Below, in pieces: positions 20,746 to 29,941 of a DNA stretch of 64,000 nucleotides. Position 1 is the first letter of the stretch; each line of letters starts with the position of its first letter. The position numbers and the translations under genes are program-made. Location: the NCBI GenBank assembly GCA_035627675.1, contig DASPLH010000062.1, positions 1,500-65,499 of the forward strand. Direction: 5' to 3'. This DNA is from Clostridia bacterium. GTDB lineage: Bacteria; Acidobacteriota; Terriglobia; Terriglobales; Acidobacteriaceae. A model generated the notes under the pieces. It saw only the letters and a list, made by a program, of their open reading frames with translations, had not been told where the DNA came from and made no database searches.

Positions 20746-22335
20746 TTACTTCCGTGTCGGGTTCAGGCGGGCGTTGCGGATTTTGTACAGCTCGATGACG
20801 GCGACCCACTGGCCGCCCGAGCTGCGCTGCCACGCGATCTGGCCCTCCAGCATCTGCGCGATCTCTTCCGGCCGCATATCGGAGTGGTAGTCGAAATACC
20901 GCTCCTGGATGCGGTTCCACCACGCGAAGCGGTTGAAGATGTTTCGCGGCGGCTCGTACTTTGTGTTGAAGGCCACGACGACGTCGTAGCTTTCCCGCTG
21001 CTGTTTCGCCCGCAGCATCTGCGCGAGAGTGAAGTTCTCCACCCGCACGATCGTCAGCGGTTCCTTCACATAGCCGAGGAATGGGCGGTTCAACTCGTCC
21101 GAAGCCGGCCACGCCGTCAGGATGCGGTCGTCGCCGTAGTGCTGCTCAACGTACACCGCCGCCGACTTGTGCATCCGGACGAAATCGCTGTACGCGAGGT
21201 TGTCCTCGGGCGCGATGCGCCAGGGCGGATTCACCAGCAACGCCGCGACGAATGCGATCGCTACCGCCGCCGACCAGATAGGCCACTGCGGCACGCGACG
21301 CACGAGCGTCGAAGCGCAGAGCAGGATTACCAGAGGGATCACCGGGACGAGATACCGCGCGAGCGGCGCTCCGCCCAGGACGGAAAACTCGACGACGTGC
21401 GCCAGTACCAGGCACCCGAAGACCGCCTGGTACTTCAGCGCGATCCGTGGACGCTCCTGCCCGTTGTCACGCAGCGGCGGCATGCGCATCGCGATCACGG
21501 TCGCGGCCGTCAGCACGAACAGGTTCATGTAGCCGGTGACGTGCCACACCCGCATGAAGAACGCGATCAGGACGCGCAACGGCGTCACGGTCGCGCCGAG
21601 GTTGTAGCGCAGGTACTCGGGATTGCCGAGGATATGTCCCGTTACGTGCGCGTGATAGGCGTACCAGAGCGCGAGCGGCACGAGCGCGACGAGATATGCA
21701 AACGCGCGCCCGAGCGGCTGCGGGTCCATCCCCCACAGCGCCGCCCATTGCGGCCAGCGCTTGCGGGCCACCCGGCAGACGATCTCCCACGCGAAGAACG
21801 TCAACGGCACGGCTACCGCCGTCTCCTTAGCCAGGCACGCCAGCGCGGAGAAGAGGAGTGTCCATCCCATCCTCCGCGTGATGTAGAAGTAAGCAGCCCA
21901 GACGGTCAGCGCGAACGCCGCGATGTCGAGCTGCGCCATCGAACTCTGGGCGAAAACCGTCGGGTAGAGCGCCGTCAGCACGACGGTCAGGACCGCAACA
22001 CGCGTGTTCGCCACACGCTCGCCGAGGCGGAACACGCCGAGCATGCCAAACGAGGCGACGACGAGCATCGCGACACGCGAGACCGCCGGCGCGAAGTTGC
22101 TCAGCTTCCACCATGCCGCCAGCCAGATCATCACCAGCGGAGGATGCGCGTTGCTGAGCGTGGTGTAAGGGATGAGATCGCCGGTGCGGAACAGGTCGTA
22201 AGCGGCGGGGACGAAGTAGCCGGCCTCATCCCAGAAATAGGGCAGGCGCAGCAGTGGCGCGTGCGTAAGGAACAGGACGGCGAAGATCAAAGGAAACAGC
22301 AGGAGCGACGAAGTATTCTGGCGCGGCTGTTCCAT
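20746..22335 (-). CDS. Polytopic membrane glycosyltransferase, GT39/ArnT(PMT)-like
   Basis: Has more than 10 predicted TM helices. The N-terminal loop LRLPYFWDEAGYFVPAAYDL is typical of ArnT/PMT-type enzymes. A soluble C-terminal domain follows. Start chosen at MEQPRQ (22335); the ORF extends to 22368. Confidence 0.7.
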   Translation of the reverse strand: MEQPRQNTSSLLLFPLIFAVLFLTHAPLLRLPYFWDEAGYFVPAAYDLFRTGDLIPYTTLSNAHPPLVMIWLAAWWKLSNFAPAVSRVAMLVVASFGMLGVFRLGERVANTRVAVLTVVLTALYPTVFAQSSMAQLDIAAFALTVWAAYFYITRRMGWTLLFSALACLAKETAVAVPLTFFAWEIVCRVARKRWPQWAALWGMDPQPLGRAFAYLVALVPLALWYAYHAHVTGHILGNPEYLRYNLGATVTPLRVLIAFFMRVWHVTGYMNLFVLTAATVIAMRMPPLRDNGQERPRIALKYQAVFGCLVLAHVVEFSVLGGAPLARYLVPVIPLVILLCASTLVRRVPQWPIWSAAVAIAFVAALLVNPPWRIAPEDNLAYSDFVRMHKSAAVYVEQHYGDDRILTAWPASDELNRPFLGYVKEPLTIVRVENFTLAQMLRAKQQRESYDVVVAFNTKYEPPRNIFNRFAWWNRIQERYFDYHSDMRPEEIAQMLEGQIAWQRSSGGQWVAVIELYKIRNARLNPTRK

Positions 22336-22485
22336 GAAACGAGGGTAGCAGAATCGTGTGGGTGCCACGAGTTCGGTCGTGCCGCAAGTGCCACGCTCGA
22401 CGGCGGCTTGAGCCGCTGCGGCATGGGCGGAACTCGACCGCGCAGGCCGGGCCGTGCGGCCCGGCGTTGATTCCGAACACTCAAT

Positions 22486-22776
22486 CTAGTGAACCGGGCC
22501 GGGACCGAAGCGGGGATCGAGCTTGATCTCTCCGAAGGTCTGCTCGTAGTTGGCTACGTTCTGCTGGAGCATTACCGAGAGTGCCTTCGCCTGCTGAGGG
22601 CTGAGGTACACGCCCTGGAAGTTGCGGACCTCCAGACGGGTTTCGGTCTGCGGCACCAGTGTTCCGAACGCCAGGAAGAAGTCCCACACGCTCATTCGGA
22701 CCTGCACGCTGTTCGAGTAGCCTTCGCGGTACTCGTCCGTGTTGGAGATTACGATTTCGGGCTGCTGAGGATTCAT
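22486..22776 (-). CDS. DUF3467-like small protein
   Basis: 96 aa. YSNSVQVRMSVWDFFLAFG matches the DUF3467 pattern as I remember it. Confidence 0.6.
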   Translation of the reverse strand: MNPQQPEIVISNTDEYREGYSNSVQVRMSVWDFFLAFGTLVPQTETRLEVRNFQGVYLSPQQAKALSVMLQQNVANYEQTFGEIKLDPRFGPGPVH

Positions 22777-22855
22777 AAGGATGTCTCCGGAGCAGCAGAG
22801 TATCAGAACGGGCGTTCTCGCGACGGCACATGGCCGAAGCCCGCGGCCTCACAGA

Positions 22856-23407
22856 TCAGGACGCTGGCGCGTCCTTCAGCTTCGATTCGAACTTCGCACG
22901 AACCTTTTCGACCTTGGGCGCGACGACGAACATGCAGTAGGGCTGGTAGGCGTTGTTGGCGAAGTAGTCCTGGTGATAGTCCTCGGCCACGTAGAACTTC
23001 GACGCCGGCTCGATGGTCGTGACGATCGGGTTCGGCCAGGCCTTCCTGTCTGTGAGTTCCCGGATTTTCTGCTCTGCTTCCGACTTCTGGCGCTCGCCGG
23101 TGTAGAAGATGACGGAGCGGTACTGCGTTCCAATGTCGTTGCCCTGACGGTTCAGTGTGGTTGGGTCGTGGACGGTGAAGAAGACGTCCAGCACTTCGCC
23201 GAAGCTGATCTTCGCCGGGTCAAACTCCACGCGCGCCACTTCCACGTGTCCAGTCTTACCCGAGCAGACCTGCTTGTACGTGGGATTCTCGACTGCCCCG
23301 CCCATGTAGCCCGACTGCACGGTTTCCACGCCGTCGAGCTGCTTGAAAGCGGCTTCGACGCACCAGAAACATCCGGCTCCGAGGATTGCTGTTTCGCGTG
23401 TCGCCAT
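22856..23407 (-). CDS. msrA: Peptide-methionine (S)-S-oxide reductase MsrA
   Basis: Start at MATRETAILGAGCFWCVE (GCFWC active site). Also has GHVEVARVEFDP and DYHQDYF. Confidence 0.92.
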   Translation of the reverse strand: MATRETAILGAGCFWCVEAAFKQLDGVETVQSGYMGGAVENPTYKQVCSGKTGHVEVARVEFDPAKISFGEVLDVFFTVHDPTTLNRQGNDIGTQYRSVIFYTGERQKSEAEQKIRELTDRKAWPNPIVTTIEPASKFYVAEDYHQDYFANNAYQPYCMFVVAPKVEKVRAKFESKLKDAPAS

Positions 23408-23432
23408 GCCGATTCGATGCTCCGTCGCGCGC

Positions 23433-25007
23433 TCAGGTAGCAGCGGTCCGCGACCGGTTCGCAGGCTCCACGATAGCGGCTGGGAGCACGACCGAGACGC
23501 TGGTCCCGTGATCCTCGGGACCAACCTTGCTTTGGATATTCACGGAACCCTTGTTTTTTGCCACAAGGTCCTTGACCACGAAAAGGCCGAGGCCGGTGCC
23601 GACGATCGGCTTGGTGGTGAAGAACGGTTCGAACACGTGCTCCATGACCGATTCGGGGATGCCGCATCCATCGTCCTCTACCTTGACGGTGACGAACTTG
23701 TCCGCGTGTTCGTACACGGCGACCGTTACATTGCCGCCGTCTTGAATCGCATCGACGGCGTTGGCGATGAGGTTGGAGAAGATCTGGTACATCTCGCCCG
23801 ACTCGGCGAAGACGGCGTACTCGGCCGAATGTTCGATGGTCAGATGGATGCCCTTGGCGTTTGCCACCGCCCGGAACGCCGCGACCACCTCGGTCAGCAC
23901 AGTTCGGATGAGCACAACCTCCGGACGGCCCTGTCCGCGATAGAAGCCCAGCGACTGCCGGGCGACAGCCGCCACTCGCCGCAGCTCGCGCTCGGCGGTC
24001 TGCAAATACTCCTGCGCGCTGCCCGGTTCCGAGCGAGCCAGGTACACCGAGTTCAGGGCGGCTGCGAGCGGGTTGTTGATTTCGTGCGCCACGGTGGCCG
24101 CGAGGCGACCAGCGGCGGCGAGTTTCTCCGTTCGTATGAGTGCCGCCTGCGCCGTCTTGCGTTGCGCGTCAACCCTGTTCAGGGTGGCGGCCGTTCGGAG
24201 GCCCACGACGGTGAACAACAGAACCATCGCCGCCACGAACAGAGCTGTGCCGAACTCAAGAGGAACAAGGCCGTAGTTCTGGAGCTGGAGACGCAGCCAG
24301 CCGAGTAGCGGCAAGGCCAGCATGGCCACCGGGCCGAGGCGGCGCAACACCATGCCTCCTGCTTCGCTGCTGGTCAGCATCAAGCGAAGCCAGCTGTGGT
24401 CGGCGGCCGCGACAAGCAGTACACCGGTGAGGAGCAACAGGAGCGCCGTCGGCAGAGCCATCAGATAGCCATAAAAGGGCTGAACCCCGTAAAGGTATCC
24501 GAGCAGTGCGACGTAGGCGACGGTCAGCACTCCACCGGCGCTGATGTCGAGCGGCAAGGGCCGCTGGGTGCGCTGAAACGCCAGGTGTATCCCGGTCAGA
24601 ACAAAAGCCAGGGACGTTGAGGCCGAGACGCGCCCCGCCGGATTCGGCAAGTACCAATCCGATAGCCGGGACCGGAGGAAAATGTCGTCGATACCGAAGT
24701 CCGCGCCCGTTACATGCTGCACGAAGATGGCGGCTCCGAACACAGCGACGAAGGCCCCCAGCGCCCTCCCGGGGATTCGCCCCCTCGAATGCATCTGCAG
24801 CAGGGTCGAGATGCCCGTCAGGCAGAACAGAAGCGCCGTGTTCGGAGCAACCAAGGTGCCACGATAGTCTCCCCTGAGCAGGGGAACCCGGAATACCCAG
24901 CCGGCAATGATCAGCAACCCGGAAAGCACAATCAGGGATGCGAGAAGCCCAACTAAGCGACGGTCAGGAGCACGGGATTCCAGATTGTGGGAGGAGTCCG
25001 AAGGCAT
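23433..25007 (-). CDS. Membrane sensor histidine kinase (orphan)
   Basis: Multi-TM N-terminal half. H-box AHEINNPLAA, N-box NLIANAVDA, and G-boxes DDGCGIP and GTGLGL. Confidence 0.85.
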   Translation of the reverse strand: MPSDSSHNLESRAPDRRLVGLLASLIVLSGLLIIAGWVFRVPLLRGDYRGTLVAPNTALLFCLTGISTLLQMHSRGRIPGRALGAFVAVFGAAIFVQHVTGADFGIDDIFLRSRLSDWYLPNPAGRVSASTSLAFVLTGIHLAFQRTQRPLPLDISAGGVLTVAYVALLGYLYGVQPFYGYLMALPTALLLLLTGVLLVAAADHSWLRLMLTSSEAGGMVLRRLGPVAMLALPLLGWLRLQLQNYGLVPLEFGTALFVAAMVLLFTVVGLRTAATLNRVDAQRKTAQAALIRTEKLAAAGRLAATVAHEINNPLAAALNSVYLARSEPGSAQEYLQTAERELRRVAAVARQSLGFYRGQGRPEVVLIRTVLTEVVAAFRAVANAKGIHLTIEHSAEYAVFAESGEMYQIFSNLIANAVDAIQDGGNVTVAVYEHADKFVTVKVEDDGCGIPESVMEHVFEPFFTTKPIVGTGLGLFVVKDLVAKNKGSVNIQSKVGPEDHGTSVSVVLPAAIVEPANRSRTAAT

Positions 25008-25069
25008 AAGTTCGGGAGCACGGAGCCGAGTTCGTCCGGGGATTATCGCACAGAGAGGCCGCAGTCCGT

Positions 25070-25579
25070 TTAGGGTGCTCTCTCCTGTTCCTCGATCCTC
25101 TTCCGCAGCTTCTCAATCGGCTTCTTGGCCTCTCGCGACTTGAGGAATTGATCTCCCAGTTCCGTTGACCAGAGCACATTATTTGTTGCTGGATCAATAA
25201 CCTTGAGGTGGTAGCGGTGCAGGGGGATGCCGAGAAGCATTCCTGTGGATGTTCCGTACGCCGTTCCCCCAGTCGCGGTGGCGGTAGCCGTCGCGGTAGA
25301 CAGACCGACTGTGCCGTTGTTTGATGTGCTGAGTGAAAGGATGATGTCGGCCTTCGCGGGATCGTCCACAACCGTCCATCGGTCCCACTCGGCAAGGGCC
25401 TTGTAAGCCTGCCTGTAGTGATACTCCGATGCATCTGTCTCAACCGACAGAAACACCGTTTTCGCGCTCATTAGATTTGGAGGCAGCTTGGGGATGGGCG
25501 GATTCTTTGGGTTTTTCTGCGGAAAGGCGGTACAACACGCGAATAGCATGAACACCGCGATCATGAGCAGTCGGTTCAT
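25070..25579 (-). CDS. Hypothetical lipoprotein/secreted protein
   Basis: ATG at 25579. MNRLLMIAVFMLFAC is a signal sequence with a lipobox-like motif. No recognisable family. Confidence 0.5.
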   Translation of the reverse strand: MNRLLMIAVFMLFACCTAFPQKNPKNPPIPKLPPNLMSAKTVFLSVETDASEYHYRQAYKALAEWDRWTVVDDPAKADIILSLSTSNNGTVGLSTATATATATGGTAYGTSTGMLLGIPLHRYHLKVIDPATNNVLWSTELGDQFLKSREAKKPIEKLRKRIEEQERAP

Positions 25580-25664
25580 ATCGCGCCCGATTGTGCTACT
25601 TCCTTCTTGAGCTTGCAATCGGTATTGCTTGTGAGGGCACTTTTCGCGAGCGCCGTTAAATGCT

Positions 25665-25750
25665 TGGTGCGAAAGGGGGGACTCGAACCCCCACGGGGGT
25701 TACCCGCCAGATCCTAAGTCTGGTGCGTCTGCCAATTCCGCCACTTTCGC
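25665..25750 (-). tRNA. tRNA-Leu, anticodon UAG, CCA encoded
   Basis: The reverse complement folds by hand. Acceptor GCGAAAG/CTTTCGC, anticodon stem CCAGA/TCTGG with loop CTTAGGA, a long variable arm, T-arm GGGGG-TTCGAGT-CCCCC, and a terminal ACCA. Confidence 0.9.
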
Positions 25751-25840
25751 AAGACTCTCATGCGTCATCGCCTGTTGCTGGCCCTCTGAGGTACTGACCC
25801 AATTTTATACGAATGCTGCCCGGGCGCATGAGTTCTGGGG

Positions 25841-25868
25841 ACGCATTGTCACGAACGCATTGTCACGA
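25841..25868. repeat. Perfect 14-bp direct repeat x2 (ACGCATTGTCACGA)
   Basis: Read directly. Lies between the divergent tRNA-Leu and rnd genes. Confidence 0.85.
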
Positions 25869-25985
25869 GCCGCTTCGCAATCCCTCATCCCCGAATGCGC
25901 GCAGATGTGGGGCACCCGGCCCTGTCGGGGTTTCCTCTCCTGCAATTACGCAGCGCCTCACGCGGAGCTACAATAAAACCACTAC

Positions 25986-27164
25986 ATGGAGACCGCCGCG
26001 CCGCACTACGTAGACTCCCGCCCCAAGCTGGAGTCACTGCTCGAACACCTCGGGTCACATTCAGTCATCGGCCTCGACACGGAATTTATTTCAGAAGGCC
26101 GGTATGAACCCGCCTTGTGCCTTGTCCAGCTATCTACCGCCGACGGCATATGGATCGTCGATCCGGTCGCTATTCCGGACCTCAGCGCCATGTGGAATCT
26201 GCTGGTCGCGCCCGGTCGCGAACTGGTTACGGTGGCAGCGCGTCAGGAGATCAAGTTCTGTGCCAAGGGGGCCGGGGCCCCTCCTGCGAGCGTGCTCGAT
26301 CTTCAGATCGGTGCCGGACTGATCGGCCTGGGGTATCCGCTCAGCCACACGAACCTTGTCCTGCGAATCCTCAACCACAAGGTGCATGGCGGCGAGAGCT
26401 TTACCGACTGGCGCAAGCGTCCGCTGTCTTCCGTGCAACTGAAGTACGCGGCCGACGATGTGCGCTACCTGCTCCAGATGAGACAGAAGCTCCTGAACAG
26501 GGCAGAGAAGCTGGGACGCGTGGATTGGGTGCGCGGCGAGTGTGCGCGACTGGTCGCCGACGTCATGCGCGAAGAGGAGCGGTGGCGCGTTTCCGGCAGC
26601 GCGCGCCTGAACCGGAGGCAACTGGCGGCGCTGCGCGAGGTGTGGCGCTGGCGTGACCAGCAGGCTCGCAAGTCCAACCTGCCGGCCTCGAGAGTCCTGG
26701 GAGACAGCCTGCTGATCGAAGTCGCGAAACGTTCGCCCGTCACGGTTGACGATCTTTTCGCCATCCGCGGCCTGGACCGGCGACTGTTTCGCAATGCCGA
26801 GGCCGACGTGGTCGCCGCCGTCAAGCGCGCCCACGAAATCCCCGACGGGCAGCTTCCCAGCAACGAGCGTCGCGAAGACCCGCCGCAGGTCTCGGTTCTT
26901 CAGAAGCTGCTGTCTGTAGCCGCAAACGGGCTTGCCGCGGAGTACGACGTAGATCCGGCACTGCTGGCGACCACCGCAGACCTTCAGGACCTCGTGCGAT
27001 GGTTTCTCGACAGTGATGGCAACGAACAGCCCGCGGTTCTCGCAGGCTGGAGAGGAGAAATTCTTCGCGAACCCCTGCTGGGCTTCCTCGAAGGGAAGCG
27101 ATGCGTTCGCGTCGGGAACGTGAAGCGGGCGAATCCCCTGGTCTTCGATGACTGTGGGAAGTGA
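25986..27164 (+). CDS. rnd: Ribonuclease D (DEDD 3'-5' exonuclease plus HRDC)
   Basis: Has IGLDTEF, LVQLS, and YAADDVRYL. HRDC-like segment: LREVWRWRDQQARKSNLPASRVL. Confidence 0.85.
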   Translation: METAAPHYVDSRPKLESLLEHLGSHSVIGLDTEFISEGRYEPALCLVQLSTADGIWIVDPVAIPDLSAMWNLLVAPGRELVTVAARQEIKFCAKGAGAPPASVLDLQIGAGLIGLGYPLSHTNLVLRILNHKVHGGESFTDWRKRPLSSVQLKYAADDVRYLLQMRQKLLNRAEKLGRVDWVRGECARLVADVMREEERWRVSGSARLNRRQLAALREVWRWRDQQARKSNLPASRVLGDSLLIEVAKRSPVTVDDLFAIRGLDRRLFRNAEADVVAAVKRAHEIPDGQLPSNERREDPPQVSVLQKLLSVAANGLAAEYDVDPALLATTADLQDLVRWFLDSDGNEQPAVLAGWRGEILREPLLGFLEGKRCVRVGNVKRANPLVFDDCGK

Positions 27165-27259
27165 CACGGCGGCGAGTTGCAAAGCCGCGTTGCAGGTCTC
27201 CCCACCCCACTCGGGACCCGGTCACGAGACAGGGATTTGCGAAAGCTTCACCTGTTCGC

Positions 27260-27529
27260 TTAGATCTGGCTGAGGCCGCGCCACAGCCACATCGCGCCGA
27301 TTGCCACGATCAGCGCTCCGGATGCCGCTCCCAGCCAATTGACATAGGGCGTAACCCGTTGCATGCGCACCTGGAGCTCCTGTTGCTCGCGTTCCATGTG
27401 AGCTTCGGAGGCGTCGAGGAAGAGCTGATCGTCCTCGTGCATGCTCAGCGTGCTTCGGTAAATGATCAAGACCACGAGGATGGTCGTGAGGACCGCCCAC
27501 ACGGTCACCAGGAGATTCATCGGATCCAT
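27260..27529 (-). CDS. Small two-helix membrane protein (hypothetical)
   Basis: ATG at 27529 with AGAGGTG upstream. 89 aa with TM helices at both ends. Confidence 0.45.
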   Translation of the reverse strand: MDPMNLLVTVWAVLTTILVVLIIYRSTLSMHEDDQLFLDASEAHMEREQQELQVRMQRVTPYVNWLGAASGALIVAIGAMWLWRGLSQI

Positions 27530-27947
27530 TTGGACACCTCTGATCGGTTTCGACGAGCCGCCCGGAGCGTGAAAAGGGGCGCTGCTAACCGGCCCTTGCC
27601 GGTCAGTACCGCTCGATGTCCTGCCCGGGCACTGGATCACCCGGCGCAGCGGAAGCCACCGGTTCCCGCCGCTGCACCGCTGTTTGGTCGAGGATTATAG
27701 CCCCGGTTCCGAGCGGCTCAACGGGTAAATTTCGACTTTCGAGAGTAGTGCGGCGGCAACGCAAACCAGGGCAGCCGCATCCCGGAGAACAGGACGGGTT
27801 CTGCGACGAATCCCAAACGGGCCTCATCTAATCAGCAGACAGGCAAGGCAATTTCGGGCGGAACCGGGTGCGGTTTGTCACAGCCGTGTGTGATCCACCT
27901 GCCTGCTTTGCTGCTATAATTTCCCTAAGCGAACATCAGGAGAACAA

Positions 27948-28313
27948 ATGTCCACGATTACCACGACGCCCGAAGTGAAAAAGACGAATCCGGTGACCCT
28001 GACTGCGAATGCGATCGCGAAGGTCAAGGAAATCATGGGCCAGCAGAATCCTGTGCCGGCCGGCCTGCGTGTGGGCGTTGTCGGCGGCGGATGCTCCGGC
28101 TTCCAGTACAGCATGCAGTTTGAGAACGGCGCCGGCGCCATGGACAAGGTGTTCGAGTACGACGGCCTCAAGCTGTTCGTTGACGCCACCTCGCTGATGT
28201 ATCTCCAGGGCGCGACCGTGGACTACATCGAGACGATCGAGGGCGCGGGCTTCAAGTTCGAAAACCCGAACGTCAAGAGCACCTGCGGCTGCGGCTCGTC
28301 CTTCCAGGCGTAA
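27948..28313 (+). CDS. erpA: Iron-sulfur cluster insertion protein, HesB/IscA/ErpA family
   Basis: GGGCSGFQY and the C-terminal CGCGSSF motif. A TATAAT box sits about 30 nt upstream. Confidence 0.88.
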   Translation: MSTITTTPEVKKTNPVTLTANAIAKVKEIMGQQNPVPAGLRVGVVGGGCSGFQYSMQFENGAGAMDKVFEYDGLKLFVDATSLMYLQGATVDYIETIEGAGFKFENPNVKSTCGCGSSFQA

Positions 28314-28332
28314 GCCAACAATTCCTAAACTC

Positions 28333-28366
28333 GAAAGCCCCGCCACATGACTGGCGGGGCTTTTGC
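28333..28366 (+). terminator. Intrinsic terminator after erpA
   Basis: AAAGCCCCGCC (28333-43) pairs with GGCGGGGCTTT (28352-62), followed by TGCTTG. Confidence 0.6.
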
Positions 28367-28453
28367 TTGTGGCTACAGCATGCGCCTTGCCTGTGCATTT
28401 GGAATTTGGCCGGACAGCAGAGTAGGGTGTCGCTTCAGTTGCTTGGAGTAACT

Positions 28454-28518
28454 GGGTATCCCACATCCGCCAATGCGGGCGGATGTGGGACACCCTCAGC
28501 AGCTCAGTACCTTAGCAG
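28454..28518. repeat. Composite element: 18-bp-stem CCCACATC hairpin followed by three CTCAGCAG-type 8-mers
   Basis: GGGTATCCCACATCCGCC (28454-71) pairs with GGCGGATGTGGGACACCC (28478-95) with one mismatch. CTCAGCAG, CTCAGTAC and CTTAGCAG follow at 28495-28518 and end 2 nt from the stop codon at 28521. Confidence 0.85.
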
Positions 28519-28520
28519 CT

Positions 28521-29378
28521 TTATCGCGGCGATTGATTAGGCTGCGGCTGTTGTGTCGTGCCTTGTCCGCCGAAGAGGCCGCCTTGTCCGGAGACGCCGG
28601 GGATGTTCGGCATTGCGCCGCCCGGACTGGTCGTTGTGGGCGAGGTGCCGGTCCCGGTTCCTTGTGCGCCGGCGGGAGTGCCGACCGCATTGAACTGTCC
28701 GACGAACGCCTTCGGATTGTACGGACCGCGGATCAGGCCGCCACGGTCCATCATCGGGTCGTAAACGAACAGCCAGTCCTTGTAGAGCTTCTTGCCGCCG
28801 AACTCGTGAAGGCCTTCTTTCTCGCTCTTGCTGGCTACGCCGATGATCGGGCCTCCGCCGAAAGTCTGGCCTGACAGTCCGCTGCTGAAGCCCGACGTAC
28901 TGCCGCCCGTGGTCCGCGCCCCTGTACCGTCAGATGTGCCGCTCGTGCGCCCCGCCCCGGCGATGGACTCCGCCGATTGCGGCTGCTGCGTGCCGGAGGC
29001 GATGTTCAGTCCTCCGCCCTGGCCGAAGTTTACCTGGCCGAAGTTGACCAGCTTCCAGTTGCCGTCCGGACTCATCGGGTCCTTGTATCGTTTGCGCAGG
29101 AAGCGGAGGTTATTCGTGTTTTCCAGTTCTTCGAGTCGAGTCGGATAACGTCCGAAGCGCTTGAAGTACCGCTTGATCGCCCTCGCGTACTGCTCGCCGC
29201 GATGGATCATCTCAATCTCGCGTTCGCGCTTGATCTGGGTTGTGAGGTACGGAACGGCTGCGGCCATGCTGATCGCCAGGAGCGCCACCAGCATGATGAG
29301 CATGAGCAGCATGTAGCCTGCGTCGCGCCTTGTGCGGCGTGACGTCCGGGCGCGAAGGGCGCTGTGCTGGTAAACCAC
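28521..29378 (-). CDS. Atypical GspG/pseudopilin-like protein with Gly/Ser/Thr/Gln-rich regions
   Basis: Basic leader, then ...RRDAG/YMLLMLIMLVALLAI, which is prepilin-like but lacks Glu at +5. EMIHRGEQYARAIKRYFKRFGRYPTRLEEL...RKRYKDPM resembles the GspG core. Low-complexity G/S/T/Q tracts follow. Confidence 0.55.
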   Translation of the reverse strand: MVYQHSALRARTSRRTRRDAGYMLLMLIMLVALLAISMAAAVPYLTTQIKREREIEMIHRGEQYARAIKRYFKRFGRYPTRLEELENTNNLRFLRKRYKDPMSPDGNWKLVNFGQVNFGQGGGLNIASGTQQPQSAESIAGAGRTSGTSDGTGARTTGGSTSGFSSGLSGQTFGGGPIIGVASKSEKEGLHEFGGKKLYKDWLFVYDPMMDRGGLIRGPYNPKAFVGQFNAVGTPAGAQGTGTGTSPTTTSPGGAMPNIPGVSGQGGLFGGQGTTQQPQPNQSPR

Positions 29379-29380
29379 GA

Positions 29381-29941
29381 CTACCCCTGTGTCAGCGGAA
29401 TGCTCTGCCGGTTGCTGTTGAGGACGTCTTCGATCTCGACCGCGTTCGGCCCGATGCGCAGCACGCGGTAGCGCCGGTTGACGATGTCGCCTTCGCGGGC
29501 GATGAAGACGCTTTCTCCCTGCGAGAGGAAGACGCGGGGCTGTTCGCCCGGCCGGCTGGCGAAACCGAAGAATTTCAGATCGATCGGCGGCGGCGGAGGC
29601 GGTCCCTGCGGAATCGGCTCGGGCTCAGGCTTCCTGGCGATCCGGATCGGCGGAGCCACCGGCCTTGGGATGTCTTCGGCGCGGCTGATGAAGATGTTGC
29701 GGCCCTTGCCCTCGTAGGTCAGCGCTTCGGTGGCGCTCAACAGGTCGAGCCGCAGAGTGGGATCCAGCGTGTTTGCCAGCACCTTGGTCCCGCGGGCTTG
29801 CGCAGGCTGTGCCGCGGTGGACGTCGCGGCCGGCGCGGGCGTGTCGGAGGAGAACATCCAGCGACCGACGAGCAGCAGCGCCACCGCCCCGAGAACGACC
29901 GCGAGGATCAGCTCGACACGGTTTTCCGTACCCACTTTCAT
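29381..29941 (-). CDS. PilP/GspC-like membrane-anchored protein
   Basis: ATG at 29941 shares one base with the pilO stop. Has a TM anchor, a Pro-rich linker (PPPPPPIDLKFFG), and a C-terminal beta domain (VFIAREGDIVNRRYRVLRIGPNAVEIEDV). Confidence 0.5.
   Translation of the reverse strand: MKVGTENRVELILAVVLGAVALLLVGRWMFSSDTPAPAATSTAAQPAQARGTKVLANTLDPTLRLDLLSATEALTYEGKGRNIFISRAEDIPRPVAPPIRIARKPEPEPIPQGPPPPPPIDLKFFGFASRPGEQPRVFLSQGESVFIAREGDIVNRRYRVLRIGPNAVEIEDVLNSNRQSIPLTQG

Noticed and set aside
25619-25985. Genomic island or integration site at tRNA-Leu.
   Set aside because: I saw no integrase, no direct repeat of the tRNA 3' end nearby, and no obvious compositional break. The flanking genes (lipoprotein, rnd) look native.
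25895-26107. Small ORFs beginning MRADVGHP (also 28473..28874) as a conserved protein family.
   Set aside because: The shared peptide is only the translation of the GATGTGGG arm of the REP-like hairpin. Downstream sequences are unrelated and overlap well-supported genes (rnd and the pseudopilin-like gene).
27530-27947. 418-bp divergent intergenic region as a possible structured ncRNA (SRP RNA, 6S, riboswitch).
   Set aside because: I found no conserved SRP domain IV motif (GGAAGCAGCC-like) and no recognisable riboswitch core. Only a TATAAT box near erpA stands out. A covariance-model scan would be needed to say more.
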